A stretch of 63,621 nucleotides of DNA, the filler included, from Reclinomonas americana ATCC 50394 (taxonomy: Eukaryota): assembly GCA_048213135.1 (NCBI GenBank). It is 9 parts of 4 records of this genome, joined end to end, with 100 filler letters (N's around TTAATTAATTAA, not from the genome) between each part and the next. Parts side by side here need not be neighbours in the genome. Positions count along the whole stretch, not along the records: positions 51,687 to 59,674 come from PS015012.1; positions 59,775 to 62,384 come from PS015013.1; positions 62,485 to 63,621 come from PS015021.1; 6 more parts are not named here. One strand, written 5' to 3'. Shown here piece after piece: positions 51,687-63,621 of this stretch. The position numbers were made by a program, and so were the translations under genes. The notes beneath the pieces are model-generated. The model did not search any database, was not told where the DNA came from, and saw only the letters and a program-made list of their open reading frames with translations. Numbering within the stretch: the first letter of the stretch is position 1; every line of letters starts with the position of its first letter.

Positions 51687-54504
51687 AGGCCGAAGCTGCT
51701 GAGCGGCAACGATTGGCGGCGGAGGAGGCCGAGCGACAGCGACTGGCTGCCGAGGAGGCTGCGCGAGAGGCTGAACGGCGGAGGAAGAGGAGGAGTTGGA
51801 GGCATTGCGTGCCAAGCGGCTGCAAGAGGAGGAGGAGCGCATTCGACGAGCGGAGCAGGAGGCCGCACTGCAGCGTGCCCTTGAGGCCGAGGCAGCACGG
51901 CGAGCGGAGGAGGAGCGCGCTGCGGCGCTGGCCGAAATCGACCGCCTGCGTCGGCTGGCCGAGGCGGAGGCTGAGCGGGTACGACGAGAGGCCGAGCAAA
52001 TGGCCGAGGCGCTGCGCTTGAACAGGTGGAGGAGTGGGAGGAGGAGGAACAACGACNNNNNNNNNNNNNNNNNNNNNNNNNNNNNNNNNNNNNNNNNNNN
52101 NNNNNNNNNNNNNNNNNNNNNNNNNNNNNNNNNNNNNNNNNNNNNNNNNNNNNNNNNNNNNNNNNNNNNNNNNNNNNNNNNNNNNNNNNNNNNNNNNNNN
52201 NNNNNNNNNNNNNNNNNNNNNNNNNNNNNNNNNNNNNNNNNNNNNNNNNNNNNNNNNNNNNNNNNNNNNNNNNNNNNNNNNNNNNNNNNNNNNNNNNNNN
52301 NNNNNNNNNNNNNNNNNNNNNNNNNNNNNNNNNNNNNNNNNNNNNNNNNNNNNNNNNNNNNNNNNNNNNNNNNNNNNNNNNNNNNNNNNNNNNNNNNNNN
52401 NNNNNNNNNNNNNNNNNNNNNNNNNNNNNNNNNNNNNNNNNNNNNNNNNNNNNNNNNNNNNNNNNNNNNNNNNNNNNNNNNNNNNNNNNNNNNNNNNNNN
52501 NNNNNNNNNNNNNNNNNNNNNNNNNNNNNNNNNNNNNNNNNNNNNNNNNNNNNNNNNNNNNNNNNNNNNNNNNNNNNNNNNNNNNNNNNNNNNNNNNNNN
52601 NNNNNNNNNNNAACGGGCGTTGCGAGCCCAGGCCGAGGCTGCTGCGGAGAAGCAGCGATTGGACGAGGAGCGACAGCGGCGCAAGGAGGAGGAGGCGCTG
52701 GCGGCCGCCCGGGAGCGCGAGCGACTGGAACATGAAGCCGAGGTGAGGCGGCAAGAAGAGTTGGAGAGGAAGCGCCGGGAGGAAGAAGAAGCAGAGGCCG
52801 AAAGGAGAAGACGGGCAGAAGAGGAGGAGGCCGAGAGGAAGCGACGTGAGGAGGAGGAAGAGGCGGAGAGGAGACGACTGGCAGAAGAGGAGGCGGCCGA
52901 GAGGAAGCGACGTGAGGAGGAGGAAGAGGCGGAGAGGAGACGACTGGCAGAAGAGGAGGCGGCCGAGAGGAAGCGACGTGAGGAGGAAGAAGAAGCGGAG
53001 AGGAGGCGACGGGCAGCAGAGGAGGCGGCTGAGAGGATTCGGCGAGCAGAGGAAGAGGAGAGAAGGCGTCGCGAGGAGGAAGAGGCCGCCAGGCAGCGTC
53101 GGGCAGCAGAAGAAGCCGCGGCAGAGTTGAAGCGATTGGCCGACGAAGAGGAGGAGCGCAGGCGACAGTGGGAAGCAGAGGAGGCGCGCAGATGGCGTGA
53201 GCAGGAGGAGCTGGAAGAGCGGCGGCGTAGACCTCACTTGGAGGCCACTGCCCGTGCGCAACAGCGCCTGTTGGCGAGAGAGCAGGCACGCGAGGAAGAG
53301 GTGCACCGAGCAGCTGAGCGGCGACTCATTGAGGAGAGAATCCGACACGAGGCGGCCAGTGCCGCAGCGGCGGCTGTACTGGCGACTGAACGTGTGCGTG
53401 CCTCACAGCGTGAACGCGAGGCGAAGATGTCAGCGGCAGCAGCAGCAGCAGCCGAAGCCAACAGTCGCGCTCAGACTCCGTCCACACCTCCAAGCACACC
53501 ACCGGCTCCTGCAGCAGCGGCGCCAGCGGCCACGTCGCCCAAGTCGCCGCAATCGCGCTTCCCACCGCTCGTGACCTCGCCGCACGGCAAGGTCGGCCAG
53601 CCGCTGCCGCGGTCTACGTCAATTCCAGACGCAGGCCTCACTGCGGCCGAAGCGCAGGATGTGCGCATGCAGCAGCACAGCGCCGAGCGCCTCGAGTCCA
53701 CCTCCCCCACATCGTTTGTCAGGCTACCGCCTGTCGAAGAGGCCGAGGAGTTGGTCTTCCGCAATCGACTCCGACTGGAGCGCGATCTGCAATCAGCGCA
53801 GCAGCGCCGGGCGGCTGACCTCGCCCGGCTGCAAAAGGAGGCCGAGATGCAGGTTTCGTCATCATCGTCTCTTTCTGTACATGTGTGTGCGTATCACTGA
53901 TTTGCATGTGTCGCAGCGACAAAAGCTGGAAGAGATCCTGTGGCAGAATATGTCGTCCAGCGGCGGTCGAGGCGGTAGCAGTGGTGGTGGTGGGAGCGGC
54001 GACTGGCGCAAGCCACTGAGCATTCTCGAGTCGGCACGTGCTCAGCGAGCCGGGCACGACCTGGCACCCTTTATGGAGCCGAGCGCCCCCCACGCATCGC
54101 ACATGCCGCCCGACAACGGCAACGACCCGTTCACGCGAATGGCGGACGAGGAGGCGGCCAAGCTGGAGGCCTCATTTCTGCGTCGCATGGCTCTGACACG
54201 CGCGCGCCAACCGCCCCTCGCCACCGACGGTGGCGCATCGAACCTCTCGGTCCACCGACAACCGTCGCAGCGGCAATCCGTGCTGCAAACGAGCGGGCAG
54301 CTGGAGGTCGAAGTCGGCGAGCAAGTGCACGAGGAAATGGAAGTCGACGAGGCCGAGAACAGCGCGCGAGCGACCGCCGCCGGTATCGCCGCCGTCATGG
54401 ACAGCTCGCGATCGCCTCGCGCGCATTTGTGGAGAGCCGGTCGCGCCGTTGCAACACCCAATGCTCCCTTTATGCGTCCCGGACCGCCGCCTCCAGCGCT
54501 TTGA
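51687..54504 (+). CDS. Glu/Arg/Ala-rich charged helical (SAH-like) protein, 5'-partial, with 66-bp coding repeats
   Basis: AERKRREEEEEAERRRLAEEEA repeats at 52833, 52899 and 52965. Intron 53853-53916. TGA at 54502-54504. Confidence 0.7.
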
Positions 54505-54968
54505 ATCGTCCAAATGTACTCTCTCTGTGTGTATATGCGTTTCTTTTCACTGACTGCTGCCGCTGCCACTGCCCTCGGCCTCGTGCTGCTGCGGTGTGAG
54601 CAGTTTCCGGAAGGAGACGGCGTGTATGTTGCCAGCCTCGCCCAACTCGCTGCGCAACAGCGTATTGATCAAACGCTGTCGTTGAAGACTCGACTTGCCT
54701 GTGCACACGCGCACTCAGACACAAGCAACACACACTCACTGTCTCTTGCACACACACACACCTTCAAAATCACCGGCGACCACAAAGATCGAGTATGCAT
54801 CGCCACACGAGGCATCGGCCGCCACTTCGACCACCACAGGCGCACTCAATCCCGATCGGATGCGCTCGGCAATCGCCTCGGAGCTCATCCCCGACTGAAA
54901 CAATGATCACATGCAGGACTTGTCGAGGACAGCACCAGTCAATCGCGTTGTGTGCAGCACGTTGAGAG

Positions 54969-57533
<2,565 letters not shown>

Positions 57534-57959
57534 ACACGCCACGCCTAATCTCTCGTGAGACTCATCAGTACAAGGTGCTTGTTGCTGATGTTATTTTGCT
57601 TTCGTGGCGTTGCAAGTACATTGTGGGTTCAGGGGCGAGGGACAGGAGGGGTGGGGAAAAGTGACATGACAGAAAAGGACAAAAGTACAAAAAGGACACA
57701 GCGAGACATTTACAACATACAAGGGGGTGGAGCAGTCCAGGATTGGGTGGGGGGGCGGCGCGCGGCAGAGGAACGTCGTGAGTGGTAGGCAGTACAGAGT
57801 AGTGGTGGTGATGGTGGTGGTGGTTGTTGTTGATTTTTCAGGTGCAAGTGGTGTTGGTGCTATGGTACAGTTCCTCTGCCGCCGCCGTCCTGGCCGCATT
57901 CTTTTTCCAAAAGGTGGGTGGGCATCGCATTAGTCGATCCAGTCGACATGCGGCGCGCG

Positions 57960-59369
57960 CTACTCGGCGCCCCCACCACCACCACCGCCACCGCCACTGC
58001 CGCCACCGTCATCTCCTTCGGCGGCCGACAGATGAAGGCCTTGCATTTCGTGCGCCAGCTGATGAGCAGCAGCGTGATGCTGGCGATGGTGGTGTTGCTG
58101 CTGGTGATGGTGGTGAGCTCGCTCCTGCTCACCGCCGTACATGGTATCGTAACCGGCAGCTGAGCAAAAAAAACACAAGTGAGCACATCTGTATCTGTGT
58201 GTGCGAACAGCGCGGCGATGCGGTACAGACCTGCGCCATCAGCACCAGGCGAGGTGCGCTGCGCGCCGCCGGCCGCCTGCTGCGGCATCGGTACTTGCTG
58301 CTGCGGCATGTAGTATTGCGGGAAGTAGCCCGAATGCATGTCTGCGCATGCATGAGGAGGTCAATGGCCCGAGTCCCTCAAGTGGCACATTTCTCAAGTG
58401 CGCGTACCGGCACTGTAATGCATTCCAGGCACGGCATACGGCATGTCGTACATGTACGGTGCCGACGGCATCGGGGTGTACGCTTGGTAGCTGCACTCGG
58501 CAAACACACGGTGAGGGGCGATAAGCGTGAAAACCGAAACACCAGATAAAAGGCGCCGCAACTGCGCGTAGTAGGGAGTAAAGAAGGCCGGCTGACGGTT
58601 GGCTGTGGGCGACGGAGGTCCTGCGGCGGCAACGGCCATGGCTGCCATGGGGGTGTACGCGGCAGCGTAGCCGGGTGCGTAACCTGCTCGAATGCATGCA
58701 TGAGTACCTCGTGTTGTCACACATGTCGGGTTTTGTGACTCACCGGCGGCAGCGTATGCTCCCGACGGCGGGTACATGCCGGAGGGCGATACCGGCGCCA
58801 CCAATCCTGGCGGCGGCACCGATGGTCCCACTCCACCACCCGAGTACGCACGCTGTGGCCGCGTGCGCAGTCCTTTCGGTGACGACGACGGTGCAAGGCC
58901 TGCACCGGCTCCATTTCCAAAACCAGGAGCGCTTCCTGCGCTTGATGGCGATTCCGTCGATGACGGCGACGATAACGACGACGGCGACATGTCGTCGCGC
59001 GGTGCCGTTCCACCGCGGTACGCGTCGTTGATGTTCAACTGCACTCCCCATGAGATCATGGTGGAGGGAGGGAGGGAGGGAAAGGGAGAAAGAGGACGCA
59101 CCACTTTGCCGGCAAACTCGAGCTGCTTGCGCTCCTTCATTTCAGCAGCCACGTCGGGCGAATCAAACGTCACAAACCCGTAGCCTTTTTTTCGTGGATG
59201 GAGGTGTTGGTGTTGGTGTTGGTTAAACCAGTAACGCAAACGAGCGTAGATCGCCACACACCTTTCGACTTGCCAGTGGCCTTGTCGCACACAATTCGGA
59301 CTGCGCGCACCTCGCCGAACTGCGAGAAGAAGTCAAACAGTTCGCTCTCCGTCGACTTCCATGAGACAC
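57960..59369 (-). CDS. Single-RRM RNA-binding protein (BOULE/DAZ-like RRM) with Ala/Tyr/Pro/Gln-rich C-terminus, 5'-partial
   Basis: GVSWKSTESELFDFFSQFGEVRAVRIVCDKATGKSK|GYGFVTFD (RNP1)...QLEFAGKV|LNINDAYR. Stop at 57960. Confidence 0.85.
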
Positions 59370-59774
59370 CTGCCCCGCAAGCGCAAGCACCATTGTCAGC
59401 GTGAGAGTGTCGCTCGACAAGCAGAGCACAGGAGCAGACTGACGACATATTCCACGGCATGAGTGTGCGGTGAAAAGCGACTCGGGAGGAATTGAACAAG
59501 CAGACACGCATAAAAGAAAAAGAGAGAGGGAGGGAGAAGGAGCGAGAGCGCAGGTTGTGCACATGGGCGTGTGATGCAGCGCAATCACTAGTGACAGCAG
59601 ACGCGGGGGGAAGCAGTGGAAACTCGGAAAAATATCAATGCAACACAGTAGTGTGAGGGACGGCGAGCGAGACCNNNNNNNNNNNNNNNNNNNNNNNNNN
59701 NNNNNNNNNNNNNNNNNNTTAATTAATTAANNNNNNNNNNNNNNNNNNNNNNNNNNNNNNNNNNNNNNNNNNNN

Positions 59775-60718
59775 CCAAGGTGGCACGAATGTGTCGTTGA
59801 GCGGGCACGGAAGCAATCGCAATGGCGGTGGTGCGGTGCTCGTGGTGAACTCGCCGGCTTCTGTGTTGGACTGTGATTTTATCTCCAACGCTGTGGTGAA
59901 CGCCGGTGCGGCGGCGTCGCCATTCACGGCTGGCAGCGGCTGCGGCGGCGGCGCAGTCCTGGCTGTCAACAATGTCACGGTGTCGTCGTCGAGCTTCATT
60001 CTGAACTCTGTGCTGTCGACAGTGGAGGAAGCTGGAGCGGGTGCGTTTTGTGGTGGTGGCGGAGCCTTGTTGGATTCGTCGACAATCATGTCGAACTGCA
60101 CAATCGTATCGAATGTGGTCAGTGGCAGTCTGATGGTTGGTGGTGGTGTCCTACAAGGAACCTTGTGCTCTCTGCAGTATTCTGTTGTGGTCGACAACTC
60201 GGCCGAGTTTGGCGGCGGTGGAATTTCGATGTTTGGACAAGGCAGCCAGTTGGCATTCTCGCAAGTGGCGTTCAACAGGTCTCCGGCCGGATACGGCGGC
60301 GGAGTGATGTTGAGAGAGGTGGCGGCAAGCGCTGTGGTCTCCGTCACGCAGTTGCTCAACAACACTGCACTGTATGGTGGTGGCGTTGCCGTGCTTGACA
60401 ACATCGTGACGCTGACGATTGAGGCGGGGACTGTGGTCGATGGCAATGTTGCACTGAGAGCTGGTGGCGGCATGTATGCCACGTCCAACTCGACCCTCAA
60501 CATGCAGTCGGGGACGGTGGTGTCGAACAACGCAGCTGGGCGGTTTGGTGGCGGAGGGTACATTGACTCGTCGAGTCACAGTGTGTGGGAGTCTGTGACG
60601 GTTGCGCGCAACTCAGCGAGCTTTGGCAGCGGTCTGTTTGTTGACGAAGACAGTTCGCACACTCTGACAAACAGTGTGCTTCGCGACAATGTTGCTGTCC
60701 GAGCGGACGGTGGAGCAA
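59775..60718 (+). CDS. Fragment of a second GGA/FxxN-repeat (Pmp-like beta-helix) protein
   Basis: Uninterrupted ORF with NGGGAVLV, FISN, GGGAVL, DNSAEFGGGGI, NNTALYGGGV and GNVALRAGGGMY. Confidence 0.75.
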
Positions 60719-60963
60719 NNNNNNNNNNNNNNNNNNNNNNNNNNNNNNNNNNNNNNNNNNNNNNNNNNNNNNNNNNNNNNNNNNNNNNNNNNNNNNNNNN
60801 NNNNNNNNNNNNNNNNNNNNNNNNNNNNNNNNNNNNNNNNNNNNNNNNNNNNNNNNNNNNNNNNNNNNNNNNNNNNNNNNNNNNNNNNNNNNNNNNNNNN
60901 NNNNNNNNNNNNNNNNNNNNNNNNNNNNNNNNNNNNNNNNNNNNNNNNNNNNNNNNNNNNNNT

Positions 60964-61529
60964 AATGATCACACTCACCACAGTGCGTCTCACAACAAGT
61001 CCCCCGTCACAGGCGATTGGTGGACGCCGGTGGACTACGCGTGCTGCTGGAGGCACTCGACGACGTCGTGCAGCTGGTGAAGCAGATGGGCTTGGCCAAC
61101 ATGGTGAGCAAGCGACTGGCGGTGATTCTCGAAGGACTGGAGAACCTCGTGAACGTTGCGTGTCGTTGCACTTGATTTCTCTGCTGCCACCATGGACAAC
61201 CAACAAGAAATAATTGCTGTGCAGGTCAATGTCACCTACAATGGCGTCTCAACGTTGCAATTCGTGGACCAGTGGCCGCAAGCCATCGACAATCTGCAGT
61301 TCCTCGAAGGGTTCGACGCGCACGCCACCAGTGTGCTGGCTGCGCTGGGACAGGTGGGGTGGCTCTTCTTTCCCCATTGTCGTCGCTGTCGTTGTCTGTA
61401 CTCATGGTGAGGGAAAAAACGCAGGGCGACGACGACGGTAACGGTGACGGGGGAGACAATGATGTGGAATTCGATCCGGATGCGAACGACGATCCGCCGA
61501 TCCAGGCCATGTCGAACCTCAAGTTCTGA
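60964..61529 (+). CDS. 3' exons of a hypothetical protein, possibly the end of the 59775 gene
   Basis: Exons VALDFSAATMDNQQEIIAVQVNVTYNG...ALGQ and GDDDGNG...AMSNLKF*. Confidence 0.4.
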
Positions 61530-62013
61530 GAGATGGGTGGTGAAGATGAGGGTGATATTAAGCGTGGGGAGTACAGAGTGGAGCTGGAAAAGGATCTCGC
61601 GTGAGTGTGGCTGCGCAACGCATGCCCTCGATGCGACCCCGACAGAGCACAAGTGGCAGCGCGTCGTCGGACTTGTCACCAAGAAATGCATCATCGACGT
61701 CGTCGGTGTTTGCACATGTCACATGGACGAGTGCAGCGCACACGCCACACACGACAAGCAGCAACGCCAAGATGTCACGACATGCGTGTTGTGCGGGTGC
61801 AAGCGGTTGTCGCCTCCGGTGTCTCATATTTACCCCCTCGTGCTCTTATGAAGGACGATCTGAGAGGACATAGCAACTGCATGCTTACAACGAAGTTTTC
61901 GCGTTCGTTCGCAATGCACTGTCATCGTTCGTGCATGGTGTGACGTCTCATGATGCGTACAGAGAGCACACCACAGCGACGAACAAGGAAACAGTGAGTA
62001 CCGCCGACCTTCA

Positions 62014-62383
62014 CTAGTCTGCTGCGGTGCGCTTGTCCGCCCAGTCTATTCTGTCATCCATTTCACGAGCGGCGCCAGCCAGAAGCGGAACATTGAGTGG
62101 TGCGTTGCCTGCAATGTCATCACGCGCATATGCATGTTGCATTGACGCCGCTGCGCTGCCGCCATCATCATCCTGTGGCTGCGCAGCAGCTCCACCACCT
62201 CGGCCATCTACAGTGCACAACAAATGCCACTAAGCACCAGGGTGTCACGCCCGAGGACGCGTGCGTGAATGTATGTATGTGTATGTGTGTGTGTGTGCGT
62301 GTGCGTGTGTACTTGTGCGTACCGTCACCCATCTGTCCACTGCGCGGTCGCTGTCGACGACAGGCAGCCACCACAGCCTGGAC
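62014..62383 (-). CDS. 3' end of an unknown gene
   Basis: Final exon DGRGGGAAAQPQDDD...DWADKRTAAD* preceded by a gtacgc..tag intron. Confidence 0.35.
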
Positions 62384-62994
62384 ANNNNNNNNNNNNNNNN
62401 NNNNNNNNNNNNNNNNNNNNNNNNNNNNTTAATTAATTAANNNNNNNNNNNNNNNNNNNNNNNNNNNNNNNNNNNNNNNNNNNNATCATCATGCAGATCC
62501 GGACCCGGCTTTGCTTTGTTTGCCTGACTTATGGCCTTTTCCCGAATTCGATGTGCCGTGTACGATCGCAGAAAACGCTATGCGTTTATGCAAGTGCGTC
62601 AAATCCACTGGTCAACCACGCTTATGCGGTGCACGTGAAGATCGCAGTTCTCGACTTGTTCGGATCCGCAGCGGAGCTCCGAGAGCGAACACACACACAC
62701 ACACACACAAGGAACCTGCTGCTGCCTCAGGATTGGTATTTGTGTTGATGTTTTGGATATGGTCATCAAGACTGCTTGTACATGTTGGTGAATGAACTTT
62801 TGAGGTACGTACTTTCGATGTCGTCGACGTCATCAAAGAGAATGAAGTGTGTGTTACAACAAAACAACGCCACATGCGAGCATTAGATGGAGCGGGCAAA
62901 AGAACACTCTCGGAGCTCGCTTCGAAGTGCCCCTTTTATGTCGATGATGACGTCGCAGTATTTGCATAGGACACGTGTCTCTCTCAGTCAGGAA

Positions 62995-63135
62995 ATGTTG
63001 TCGCGCGGTGCTGGCACCGCTCTGGCAGTGACTCTGCTCCTGGGCGGCTGTTGCACCAACTCGTTTGTGCTTGACTGGACGTTTCGGCAGGTTCCGCAGG
63101 CAGGAGCGCTCATTGTGATGGCGCAGTTTGTGTTT
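62995..63135 (+). CDS. SLC35B4: First exon of an SLC35B4/YEA4-type UDP-GlcNAc/UDP-xylose transporter
   Basis: ALAVTLLLGGCCTNSFVLDWTFRQVPQAGALIVMAQFVF matches the recalled family N-terminus (GCC(S/T)N...P..G.....AQF.F). Confidence 0.75.
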
Positions 63136-63432
63136 GTTGCGTCAGCAAGCGAGGGAGAAAGCGAGGAAGAGGGAGGAGAGGGGCAGAAGGGGCAGAAGGG
63201 GAAGTAAGGAGAGGGAGAAACGGAGAAAGGGAGGGAGTGAAGCGATAAGGCGCGGGAAACCGAGATACTTGCTCTCTTCTTTGTCTCTGCGTGCATGTGT
63301 GTGAGTGAGTGAGTGAGTGAGTGAGTGTGTGAGTGAGTGAGAGAGAGAGAGAGAGAAAGAGAGTGAGAGAGAGTGAGTGAGTGAGCGACTGAGCGACTGA
63401 GTGAGTGAGTGAGTGACTGAGTGAGTGAGTGA

Positions 63433-63515
<83 letters not shown>

Positions 63516-63621
63516 TGTGTGTGTGTGTAGAGAGAGAGTGTTGTTCGTTAGTCTTCTTCGTTCGACTACTCCTACTACTCGTAGACGTACGTACGACCGA
63601 ACGACGAACGGAGGGTAAGGG

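Overview
Gene-dense, GC-rich eukaryotic (protist-like) draft scaffold with many short (~60-100 nt) spliceosomal introns, N-gaps and artificial TTAATTAATTAA linkers. Splicing the exons by hand gives about 17 genes or fragments. These are: a giant type-I membrane protein of IPT/TIG-like repeats (one domain per exon), an ankyrin protein, a TIS11/ZFP36-type tandem CCCH protein, ATG101-like, an FSH1/OVCA2 serine hydrolase ending in PTS1-type AKL, a PLAC8 protein, a ~14-kb GGA/FxxN-repeat surface protein with a multi-TM C-terminus, coiled-coil and S/P-repeat proteins, a SAM domain, PIN1, an E/R-rich helical protein, DLD, a BOULE-like RRM protein and an SLC35B4-like first exon. The most striking signal is in the splicing. 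About 27 introns in 9 genes (roughly a fifth of those I traced) use a +1-shifted donor, GTT(G/T/C/A)(C/A)G(T), mostly after a non-G exon base. There are also 3-nt and 4-nt micro-exons. All gene models and family calls are manual and unverified by database search or RNA data.
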